This document shows, piece after piece, positions 26,160 to 34,376 of a DNA stretch of 64,000 bases; the stretch's first letter is position 1; each line of letters begins with the position of its first letter. The notes beneath the pieces are model-generated. The model did no database searches. It saw only the letters and a program-made list of their open reading frames with translations, and was not told the origin of the DNA. Both the position numbers and the translations under genes were made by a program. The DNA is from an uncultured Candidatus Saccharibacteria bacterium (GTDB lineage Bacteria; Patescibacteriota; Saccharimonadia; Saccharimonadales; Saccharimonadaceae), in the NCBI GenBank assembly GCA_963545865.1, contig CAUUJX010000005.1, positions 12,529 through 76,528 of the forward strand. The letters are read 5' to 3'.

Positions 26160-27428
26160 ATGTTGGCAACACGAGCAACAAAACAAGCAAAAGCCAGCTT
26201 GGCGCTTGGGCTCACTATGGCATGCGCTGTGATGGGTACGAGCTTTGCTATGGTGCAGCCAGCATCGGCAGTCGATCATCTGCCGCGTGATGTACAGGCG
26301 CATTATAAAAAAGTGTGGGGTGATGAATTTGATGGTAATAAACTCGACACAACCAAATGGGCTGTACCGACCGGTTGCTTTGACCTTGCGTCGGGTATGG
26401 AAGGGCGCTTCCAGACAGACATGGTGCGCCAGTACGATGGCAAACTCCATCTCCTCGCGCAGTATGATAAAAATGCTAAACCATGCCAGGCTGGTCATGC
26501 TGCCTTCTCGACAGGGATGGTCAACTCGCACTACCTCAGCGACTGGAAAGACAAAAGTGTCGCCCACGCCTGGGGCCCCGGCACCTACTATGAGGCGTCT
26601 ATCAAGCTGCCAGAGGGTAACAAGAACAGCGGTGCTCGAGCAACCTGGGCATCATTTTGGCTCACAAGCACAACATTCAACTGGCCAACCAGTGGTGAGC
26701 TCGATGTGTTCGAGTCGCGGGGCTATGACTCGGGCTGGCTGCAAGCAAATGTCCATACGCAGCCACGTCAGGGTGATAAAGGGCGTTCGCATCAGCACCA
26801 GCGCGTTCTCGATCGGAATATTGTCGGCAACACACAAAATGCCTTCCATACCTACGGCGTCTTGAACAAGAAGGATGGAACGATCGAATTCTACTATGAT
26901 GGGCGCATGGTACACCGCGTGGCGCCAGATGATGCAAACTGGCCGTTTGCCAAGGCAGCCAATAAACTCTTTATTCGCTTGAATCACCAGGTTGGCGGCC
27001 TCAATGAGCCATATAAGAAGGCTAGCCCTAAGGATTACGAAGTCGCGAAAGATATGCAGGTCGACTATGTGCGAGTCTACCAAGAAAAGACTGCTGCTGA
27101 TAAGCCACAGGATGCGGTGGTGAGCGTGCCCGATTGGCGTCTCCGCAACAAGCTCAACCAAGCTATCGCCCAAGTGACTCATACAAAGCGCGGTGATGCA
27201 CAGCCCATGCTTGCCTCAGATCTCGAAAAACTAACCACGCTCGACCTCAGCGCGCGCGATGGTGCAGAGTCGTGGGAGAAAATAAAGAACCTCGAAGGTA
27301 TTCAACATGCAAAGAATCTCACCTTTGTTTCTCTCAAAAACACCGAGGTGAAGGATCTTACACCGCTCAACAGCCTGAAGAAGCTGAAGAGTGTCGAGCT
27401 GAGTTGGCCGTTAACGATTAATCGATAG
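26160..27428 (+). CDS. secreted glycoside hydrolase family 16 (beta-glucanase-like) with C-terminal leucine-rich repeats
   Basis: Signal-like N-terminus. GH16 catalytic motif ExDxxE appears as GELDVFE. The C-terminus has LRR-like units (LEKLTTLDL, NLTFVSLKNTEVKDLTPLNSLKKLKSVEL). SD AAGGAGGGG upstream. Confidence 0.7.
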   Translation: MLATRATKQAKASLALGLTMACAVMGTSFAMVQPASAVDHLPRDVQAHYKKVWGDEFDGNKLDTTKWAVPTGCFDLASGMEGRFQTDMVRQYDGKLHLLAQYDKNAKPCQAGHAAFSTGMVNSHYLSDWKDKSVAHAWGPGTYYEASIKLPEGNKNSGARATWASFWLTSTTFNWPTSGELDVFESRGYDSGWLQANVHTQPRQGDKGRSHQHQRVLDRNIVGNTQNAFHTYGVLNKKDGTIEFYYDGRMVHRVAPDDANWPFAKAANKLFIRLNHQVGGLNEPYKKASPKDYEVAKDMQVDYVRVYQEKTAADKPQDAVVSVPDWRLRNKLNQAIAQVTHTKRGDAQPMLASDLEKLTTLDLSARDGAESWEKIKNLEGIQHAKNLTFVSLKNTEVKDLTPLNSLKKLKSVELSWPLTINR

Positions 27429-27448
27429 ATTAGCGTACTTCATAGAGA

Positions 27449-27476
27449 ATACAGGGCAAATGCCTTGTATTTTCTA
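27449..27476. terminator. bidirectional hairpin between convergent genes
   Basis: ATACAGGGCA/TGCCTTGTAT stem with flanking A and T runs. Confidence 0.55.
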
Positions 27477-27486
27477 TGAGAAAGGT

Positions 27487-27966
27487 TTATCTCTTGAATA
27501 CAATTTTTTTGCGGGTATCAATATAATAACCATCGATCGAATCTTCGCTGTTTGTCCAAGCCTCGGTGATGGGCATTATATACAGACGAGTTGGTGCTAC
27601 GCCTGTGCAGTCTGAAGAAGTAAGCTGAAATTGCTGAGCTTTACTGTTATAGATGGCGATTGCTTCAGTGAGTTCGCTATCTACTACTTGATGAGCGACA
27701 CCGCGACAGTATAAGCCAACACCATGGCCTTCTGGGGCGGTTGAGTCGTAAATTGTCATAAATACACGGTGGTTATGTTCGATATTTTGTGAGTGCTGAG
27801 CAGCTATTGGTGACCACCAATATACTGCGCCATCTGCATACGCAAAAAACACTGGCGTATTCCACGGCTGACCATCCGGAGAGACAGTCGCAAGATTTGC
27901 GTAGGTGTTGCTATGTAAGAGTGTTTGTGTCGAATGGTTCATAAATAAAGTATAGCTAACTATCAC
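27487..27966 (-). CDS. pyridoxamine 5'-phosphate oxidase-like FMN-binding split-barrel protein
   Basis: 159 aa. ANLATVSPDGQPWNTPVFFAY...VYWWS resembles the PNPOx-like family. The start overlaps the upstream stop by 4 nt. Confidence 0.5.
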   Translation of the reverse strand: MIVSYTLFMNHSTQTLLHSNTYANLATVSPDGQPWNTPVFFAYADGAVYWWSPIAAQHSQNIEHNHRVFMTIYDSTAPEGHGVGLYCRGVAHQVVDSELTEAIAIYNSKAQQFQLTSSDCTGVAPTRLYIMPITEAWTNSEDSIDGYYIDTRKKIVFKR

Positions 27967-28367
27967 TTAATAGCTCGTTGAATTTTTGTACGTTGGTGAA
28001 TATAAGCATGAGGGAGGATATGCTCTATTGCCTGCGGGCCGTTTGTAGTCAAGACAGTAATACCTGGCGCATAATCGTGAAAGATCTGACGGCATTTGCC
28101 ACACATGTCGACAATTTCGATCTTTCTCGTGTCATCATTTTTACGTACAGCGACGACTGAATCGAAATCGTAAACGCCTCGATTAATAGCGATTGCCAGT
28201 GCAGCTGTCTCGGCGCAGACGAAGCCAAGAAAATGATCGATGTTGACTGCAGAGATCACCTCGCCAGATTGGCAACGCAAAGCCGCTGCCACAGTGTGAA
28301 CTGGTGGTGTGTGTCGCTGCTCGAGGAGCGCCTGGGCGATGGTAAAAAGCTCAGTATCGTTATGCAT
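27963..28367 (-). CDS. cytidine-deaminase-fold protein, blasticidin-S-deaminase-like
   Basis: Zinc ligands CAE (FVCAETAAL) and CxxC (MCGKCRQIF). Length and motif spacing resemble the BSD/small tetrameric CDA family. Confidence 0.6.
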   Translation of the reverse strand: MHNDTELFTIAQALLEQRHTPPVHTVAAALRCQSGEVISAVNIDHFLGFVCAETAALAIAINRGVYDFDSVVAVRKNDDTRKIEIVDMCGKCRQIFHDYAPGITVLTTNGPQAIEHILPHAYIHQRTKIQRAIK

Positions 28368-28402
28368 ATGGTGAACCTTGATTATAAAACGAATAGACGA
28401 GG

Positions 28403-29446
28403 CTAAAACTGCCGCAAAAAGTCTAGCTTACCGCTCTCGAAATGCCGCACGTCTTCGATGCCGTATTTCATCATCACCAAGCGGTCGATGCCGCAGCCAA
28501 AGGCAAAGCCGGTGTAGGTGTCGGGGTCGATGTTGGCTGCCCGCAGCACGTTGGGGTGGATTAAGCCGCAGCCAATTAGCTCCACCCAGCCTTCACCGCT
28601 GCACACCTTGCAGCTGGGGTCTTTGCCTTCGCAGAAGGGGCAGCTCAGGGCAAACTCAAAGCTTGGCTCGGTGAAGGGAAAGTAGAAGGGATTAACCCGC
28701 ACATCGAGCTGCTTGCCGTAGTAGCTTTGCAAAAATTCCTGCAAGGTGGCAATCAAGTTGCCGACGTTGACTCCCTTAGCTACATAGACGCCCTCCACCT
28801 GGTAGAAGGTGTGCTCGTGCCGAGCATCCAGGTCTTCATTACGGAAGACGCGGTCGGGTACGATCGCAGCAATGGCCTCGCCTGCGTCCAGCTTATGGCG
28901 ATAGGTGGTCAGGACGCGGTTTTGCATGGTGCTGGTATGAGCCGGCGCAATTAAGCGGTCGCCCTGCGTGTCTGTCTCGACAGTCATGAAGGTGTCGTAA
29001 TCATCGCGGGCGGGGTGGCCTTTGGGGAAGTTGAGGCTCTCGAACATATGGAACTGATCATCGATCTCGCGCGACTCCTCCACCACAAACCCCATGCGGT
29101 AGAAGATATCAGCAATCCGCTCGATCTCTTGCATCAGGGGGTGGATTGACCCCTGGTTTGTTGGTAGTAATGCTGGAATAGCAGTGTTGATATCCATCGG
29201 TGCAGTGACATCGATCGGTGTGCGCTCAACAGTCTCAAGTTCCTCAAGACGGCGCTCAATAGCAGTTTGCACAGCTTGCTTGAGCTTATTAACACGCTTG
29301 CCAAATGGCCCACGCTCCGCTGGGGGGAGTGATGTGATATGCCCATACAGTGCGCGCAACTCCTCGTGGCGCAGTATTTCGCGCGGGGTGGTCGATTGGC
29401 TCACAGCCAGGAGTAGCTTTTGCTGGATAGCGTCAAGGTCTGTCAT
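28403..29446 (-). CDS. pheS: phenylalanine--tRNA ligase alpha subunit
   Basis: 347 aa with class II motifs (HPARDDYDTF, FRNE, GFAFGCGIDRL). Confidence 0.92.
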   Translation of the reverse strand: MTDLDAIQQKLLLAVSQSTTPREILRHEELRALYGHITSLPPAERGPFGKRVNKLKQAVQTAIERRLEELETVERTPIDVTAPMDINTAIPALLPTNQGSIHPLMQEIERIADIFYRMGFVVEESREIDDQFHMFESLNFPKGHPARDDYDTFMTVETDTQGDRLIAPAHTSTMQNRVLTTYRHKLDAGEAIAAIVPDRVFRNEDLDARHEHTFYQVEGVYVAKGVNVGNLIATLQEFLQSYYGKQLDVRVNPFYFPFTEPSFEFALSCPFCEGKDPSCKVCSGEGWVELIGCGLIHPNVLRAANIDPDTYTGFAFGCGIDRLVMMKYGIEDVRHFESGKLDFLRQF

Positions 29447-29458
29447 ACTGCCACTCCG

Positions 29459-29722
29459 TTATTGTTGTCCATTGATGGTTAGCGCAACAAAAAAGCCAAA
29501 GGTAAGTAATGCAAGAAAGCCAACAACCAGCCACACCCCAGCTAGTGTCGTTGTTTGCTTGGTGCCTTTGAGATATTCGGATTGCTCGACGCCAGTATCA
29601 CCGCTTGCTGGTGCGGTGCCATCACCAGTGTGACTGCTGGCAGCTGCTTTAGCGCGGAGATCGGCCGCGATACGCTCTTGTAGCTCACTGCGCGTTTGGT
29701 CTTGTTTCATATATTGTCCCAT
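29459..29722 (-). CDS. hypothetical small membrane protein co-transcribed with pheS
   Basis: 87 aa with a C-terminal TM helix. TGCTATACT box 6 nt upstream of the ATG. 12-nt gap to pheS. Confidence 0.5.
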   Translation of the reverse strand: MGQYMKQDQTRSELQERIAADLRAKAAASSHTGDGTAPASGDTGVEQSEYLKGTKQTTTLAGVWLVVGFLALLTFGFFVALTINGQQ

Positions 29723-29728
29723 GTCTTT

Positions 29729-29734
29729 AGTATA
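29729..29734 (-). promoter_or_regulatory. extended -10 box TGCTATACT (minus strand), 6 nt upstream of the start at 29722
   Basis: The plus strand reads AGTATAGCA at 29729-29737. Confidence 0.5.
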
Positions 29735-29827
29735 GCATTATTTGACGTAATCGACATCTGATATCGCCGACAAACAGGGTGATGTGATATACTAAAGGCG
29801 TAGTATCAACTAGTGAAGGAGGGACGT

Positions 29828-30724
29828 ATGGCTACTAAAAAAGCCGTTTCGACCAAAAAATCGGCCGCGAAAGACTCGGCCTCCCAGCCTCAGGCTGCAC
29901 CAACCGTAAAAACTGCATCGACCACATCAGCCACCAAGACTGTTGTTCATAAGCGGCGTGAGCCAGCTCTGCCGAGCAACTTGCTCAACATTATTTTTGC
30001 TGAGCTGCTTGGTACATTTATGCTCACCATTGCCGCAATTGGTGCGGCAACTCAATTTGCACCACTCTACCTTGGTCTCACACTGCTTGTGATTGCTGTG
30101 GCGGTGAGTGCAGTATCAGGCGCGCATATCAACCCAGCGGTCACCTTTGGCCTCTGGACGATGCGCAAGCTCAAGACAGCGCTGGTGCCATTCTACTGGA
30201 TCGCCCAACTGCTTGGTGGGGCGCTTGCTGTCGTTGTGCTGAATGGCTTGAGCGGGAGCGCTTTCAAGCTCAGCTTCGAGCACTTTACTACCTTTAGCTG
30301 GGCGGTCTTTGGTGTTGAGCTCGTCGGCGCAGCAGTGCTGATGTTTGGTATTGCGGCTGCCGTATCGCGCGTGGCCGAGCTCAAGCAAACAGGCCTGGCA
30401 GTGGGGATCGGTCTATCTTTGGCCGCTGCCGCTATCGTGGCTGGTGGCTTGCTGACTCAGGTGCAGGCTTCGGTGGACACATCGTCAGTCCAAGATATCA
30501 AACACTTGCCACACGAACTGCGTGCAAAGAGTGCAACACTCAACCCAGCAGTGGCTATTGCTGCAACAGAGGCACCAGACAGTAGCTTTACTGGCGCACA
30601 AGCAAGCCGTGGCGAGACTGGCTATAGCCGGCTGAGCCTTGAGGTGATTGCCGGTACCTTGATTGGTGCCGCACTTGGTGGCAACCTCTACCTGCTGGTA
30701 GCGGGCCGCAAAGCAGAGTCGTAA
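29828..30724 (+). CDS. MIP family channel (aquaporin/glycerol facilitator) with low-complexity N-terminal tail
   Basis: Two NPA motifs (HINPAVTFG, LNPAVAIA). ATG at 29828 follows AAGGAGGG. Confidence 0.85.
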   Translation: MATKKAVSTKKSAAKDSASQPQAAPTVKTASTTSATKTVVHKRREPALPSNLLNIIFAELLGTFMLTIAAIGAATQFAPLYLGLTLLVIAVAVSAVSGAHINPAVTFGLWTMRKLKTALVPFYWIAQLLGGALAVVVLNGLSGSAFKLSFEHFTTFSWAVFGVELVGAAVLMFGIAAAVSRVAELKQTGLAVGIGLSLAAAAIVAGGLLTQVQASVDTSSVQDIKHLPHELRAKSATLNPAVAIAATEAPDSSFTGAQASRGETGYSRLSLEVIAGTLIGAALGGNLYLLVAGRKAES

Positions 30725-30809
30725 GCGATACGCATCAGACTGAGACCAAGACCACTCTCTCAGTAGGGTGGTCTTGCTATATTGGCAACTATTCGCCATA
30801 CTATAGCGT

Positions 30810-31802
30810 ATGAAAGATTCTTCCTCACCCCAAGCCGGAATTATAAAAGTAATTGTCACGCTCATTGGCGGTATCGTTGCAGTCGGCGCGATTGCCGTTG
30901 CAGCTGCCTTCTTGTGGCCCGCTCAGAAGGCAGAACTACGCACGGCAGATATCAAGCGACTGGATTATGATAGCTCGATGGCGGCTATCAACCAGCAAAT
31001 TACCCAGGATACAGCAGAGGCTGGTCTGCGCAGCGAATGCCGCTCGTTTGCCAAGACGCACGGCAAGAAAGCAGCTAAAGCTATCTTACTTATCCACGGC
31101 ATTAGTGGCTGCACCAGTGATATGGCAGATATTGCCAATGTATTCTACGAGCAGGGCTATAACGTTTACGCGCCGCGCGTGCCACAGCATGGCTATGCCG
31201 ACAAGAAGCGCCATGGTCAGATCTCCTTCAGTGATATGGTCAATTATATGACCACGAGTGCTCGCCAGGTCAGTGGCCTTGGTGAGGAAGTTGGAGTGGT
31301 GGGCCACTCTGGCGGCGGCAATATGGCAACATGGCTTGCACAGTATGGTAATGGACTCTTCTCGCGGGTGCTTCTCATTGCACCATTTTATGAGCCATCG
31401 GCTAGCCAGGCTCCCAAGTGGCAGATCCCGCTCATGCGCAACCTCTACGGTAATAATATCCTACCAGATCGCTACAGTGGTAATGATGAGGTGAATGGCC
31501 TGTCATATCGCGCCCTAGCAAAGTATGTAACGCTCAAAGAAAACTATAAAGCCAATCTTGCTGCACCAGGCCTTAAGCATGTTAGTGTGGTCGTGAGTGA
31601 AGGGGACCATGATATCGACCCAGACCTCGCGCACGACATCCCGCAAAAAATGGCAACCAACAACAATGCTTCCTTCCAATACAAAAAATTCCCCGCCGGC
31701 ATGAATATTGGCCACGACATGACACGGCGCGCTTCGCCGGGGGTGAGCGCTCATAGCGAGGAGGTTTTCCAGACCTATCTCGCTGCGTACGAAGGGAAAT
31801 GA
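30810..31802 (+). CDS. membrane-anchored alpha/beta hydrolase (lipase/esterase-like), paralogue A
   Basis: N-terminal TM helix, oxyanion-region HGISGC and nucleophile elbow GHSGGG. Alignable end to end with 34377-35366. Confidence 0.7.
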   Translation: MKDSSSPQAGIIKVIVTLIGGIVAVGAIAVAAAFLWPAQKAELRTADIKRLDYDSSMAAINQQITQDTAEAGLRSECRSFAKTHGKKAAKAILLIHGISGCTSDMADIANVFYEQGYNVYAPRVPQHGYADKKRHGQISFSDMVNYMTTSARQVSGLGEEVGVVGHSGGGNMATWLAQYGNGLFSRVLLIAPFYEPSASQAPKWQIPLMRNLYGNNILPDRYSGNDEVNGLSYRALAKYVTLKENYKANLAAPGLKHVSVVVSEGDHDIDPDLAHDIPQKMATNNNASFQYKKFPAGMNIGHDMTRRASPGVSAHSEEVFQTYLAAYEGK

Positions 31803-32320
31803 CGATGGAGGCGCTAGTAGCCTTTGCTGGTTTTGGTTTGTTTATCATTCATGAGCTGGAGGAGATTGCTCGGTTTGTGCCGTGGATTCGGCGCTATGAG
31901 CATGACCCGGCATTTGCTGGGCAGATGATTATAGCGAATCGCACCGCGTACCCATCAACAGAGACAGTCGCCATCATCATTCTCGAAGAGTCAGCTGGTG
32001 CACTGGCTCTGCTTGGAGGTGCAATTGCCCTGCACTCACTTGCGCTGGTATGTGCAGTTATTCTTGCAAATATGCTGCATTTGGTTGGGCATCTCGTTGA
32101 TGCAGCAAAGTATCGAAGCTGGACGCCTGGTAGCGTCACGGCGCTTATGACACTCCTTGGTAATGGTGTCTGCATAGCCTATAGCTTTGTTGCTGCGCCA
32201 CAGGTGATTGGCATGTCGCTAATACTGACACCTGTCGTCGGCTTGCTACTGATTGGTAATCTATCGTTTATGCTGAGCCGGTCGCAGGCGATTGAGCGGT
32301 GGCGCACGAAGCATCTATAG
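31799..32320 (+). CDS. HXXEE-domain membrane protein
   Basis: IIHELEEI (H-x-x-E-E) in the first helix and 4-5 TM helices. The start overlaps the upstream stop (ATGA). Confidence 0.5.
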   Translation: MTMEALVAFAGFGLFIIHELEEIARFVPWIRRYEHDPAFAGQMIIANRTAYPSTETVAIIILEESAGALALLGGAIALHSLALVCAVILANMLHLVGHLVDAAKYRSWTPGSVTALMTLLGNGVCIAYSFVAAPQVIGMSLILTPVVGLLLIGNLSFMLSRSQAIERWRTKHL

Positions 32321-32519
32321 CAATAACAAGCGCAGTCGATACGTTAAATTATAAAAAACCAGCAGAACACACTGCTGGTTTTTGCATATCAAGACTATTC
32401 CGTCATATAAAAGAACATACTATTGACATTATATCGAGCTACGGTATACAATAAGACTATACGATATATCGCACTACGATACATATGACTTCGATGTACC
32501 AATCGAGAAAGGATGATTA

Positions 32520-33218
32520 ATGGATAAAATAACGAAACGACGGGATGACGTAAAAATTCTGCTGGCATACTTTGCTGGCTACATGGTAGGTATGACAGTA
32601 TTGTCGTATGCGCTAGAGCGATTTGCCGCTATATCATCGACGAGCGTGCTTGGGCTCATCATCAATGCTGTAGCAAGCGTGCTTCTGCTTGGCTATATTG
32701 TAATGAAGAAACGAGCTGAACTTGCTGCTGCATGGCGCACTGCACGGCAGGCACCGGGCAAGAATAGCTGGTTTGTCATCAAGTATTTTCTCTTTGCATA
32801 TCTTGCAACGATGCCGGTAGCACTCCTGCTTGCTGCGCTGCAGGTGACTAACCAAAACCAAACGGCGCTTGTTGGCCTCTTTGGTGGAGCGCTGTGGTAT
32901 GCGGTATTTATGGCGGTGGTATTTGGGCCGATCGTTGAGGAAGTTGTCTTTCGTGGAGTTATCTTTGCTCGCTTATTGCAAAAATCTCGTGTTCTTGCTT
33001 ATGCAGCATCAATGGTACTCTTTGCACTTGTACACGTAGCACCATACATGCTTACAGGAGGAATCAAGAATGGCCTAGCAATTATTAGCTATTTGCCGCT
33101 GGCGTTCTTCTTGTGCCGAGCCTATGAGCAAAAGAAGAGTCTCTACGCTTCAATGGGTGTACACCTCCTGCAGAATAGCCTCGCGACGATACTTCTTGTG
33201 CTCGCAACTCATGGCTAG
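32520..33218 (+). CDS. CPBP family intramembrane glutamic endopeptidase (Abi type)
   Basis: EEVVFRGVIF, FALVH and HLLQN motifs on a polytopic scaffold. SD AAAGGA upstream. Confidence 0.7.
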   Translation: MDKITKRRDDVKILLAYFAGYMVGMTVLSYALERFAAISSTSVLGLIINAVASVLLLGYIVMKKRAELAAAWRTARQAPGKNSWFVIKYFLFAYLATMPVALLLAALQVTNQNQTALVGLFGGALWYAVFMAVVFGPIVEEVVFRGVIFARLLQKSRVLAYAASMVLFALVHVAPYMLTGGIKNGLAIISYLPLAFFLCRAYEQKKSLYASMGVHLLQNSLATILLVLATHG

Positions 33219-33249
33219 GCAAGGTATAATATACACGAAGGAAGCGTGC

Positions 33250-33567
33250 ATGATCCAAGCAAAACTACGAAGAATCTACTCACCGATGACCGAAACAGGG
33301 TTCTATATCCTATTTTGTTTGCAGGCAGAGATGCATGGCTATACGATTGGCCAGCGTGTCAAACATATGACAGACGGCCAGGTGCAGATTAGCCCTGGCA
33401 CAATGTATGGCACGCTCGCCAAGATGGAGAAGGACGGTATAATTCGCTTCGTACGAGAAGAGGATAAGCGCAAAATCTACCACATAACACCACTCGGCCA
33501 AGAGATATTGGCCTGTGAGCTGCAGCGGATCGAGCGGCTGTATAACAATAGCAAAGGAAGGAAATAA
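33250..33567 (+). CDS. PadR family transcriptional regulator
   Basis: 105 aa. FYILFCLQAEMHGYTIGQRV...SPGTMYGTLAKMEKDGII is a PadR winged-helix pattern. GGTATAAT -10 box and SD AAGGAAG upstream. Confidence 0.75.
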   Translation: MIQAKLRRIYSPMTETGFYILFCLQAEMHGYTIGQRVKHMTDGQVQISPGTMYGTLAKMEKDGIIRFVREEDKRKIYHITPLGQEILACELQRIERLYNNSKGRK

Positions 33568-33571
33568 CTGA

Positions 33572-34123
33572 ATGTCACGAATCATGTGTCGGTACTACAT
33601 GTTGCCCGAGTATGGGGAGGAGGAGGCGTTTTTTGCTGAGCAACATCGGCAGGGATATGCCCTCAAACGCTTTATTGTCCCGTTCTTTTATATATTTGAG
33701 CCGTGCCCAGCGGCGCAGTATACGTACAAAATTGACTTTCAGAATCTTACTCGGCACGAAGAAAATGCGCAGTATCAGCAGCTCTATGCCGACTATGGCT
33801 GGGAGTATGTTGTATCGGCCAATGGCTTCCATGTGTTTCGCAAGCCGAGCAGTGAAGCTGAGGAAGATGATATCTTTAGCGATAACGAGTCTCGCCTAGC
33901 AATGGTGAAGCGCATCAGCAAGCAGCGTATGGGGCTGCTGATGATGATCGTTGTACTGCTGTTTGCTTATATTGGGTATAAGCCTGTGCAAACGCCAGCT
34001 ATCTTGCAGCGGCCTGAGTTCTACGGGCTAGTACTCGTTGCACTCTTTGATGGGTATCTTTGCGTGCGGTGCTGGCGTGGCTTGCGCCGGCTGAAGCGTG
34101 CGCTGATTGCTGAGCAGCGGTAG
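33572..34123 (+). CDS. DUF2812-like membrane protein (usual PadR partner)
   Basis: 183 aa, 5 nt after padR. Soluble N-terminal domain (EEEAFFAEQHRQGYALKRF) plus 2 C-terminal TM helices. Confidence 0.5.
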   Translation: MSRIMCRYYMLPEYGEEEAFFAEQHRQGYALKRFIVPFFYIFEPCPAAQYTYKIDFQNLTRHEENAQYQQLYADYGWEYVVSANGFHVFRKPSSEAEEDDIFSDNESRLAMVKRISKQRMGLLMMIVVLLFAYIGYKPVQTPAILQRPEFYGLVLVALFDGYLCVRCWRGLRRLKRALIAEQR

Positions 34124-34325
34124 AGTCGTAGAGTCTGCAATATTAAACTTCTCTGGTTCTTTCTAAAGTTTTCTCCTCACACTCCCTTTGGTTATGCTAA
34201 GAGAGTATCTATTTTTTACACCATAATACGCCAAGTGGATGACCGATCGATAGTCTATTGCAACGGAAATAACCGAGAGAAGGTAGCTAAGAAATTTGAA
34301 GCTCACATTCTCAAAAATATAATAA

Positions 34326-34356
34326 AAACACTGCAGCTGGCTGAGCTGCAGTGTTT
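34326..34356. terminator. bidirectional intrinsic terminator
   Basis: Perfect 12-bp stem AAACACTGCAGC/GCTGCAGTGTTT, with an A-run upstream and T's downstream. Confidence 0.75.
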
Positions 34357-34376
34357 CTATGAGCGGCTAGAGCCAG

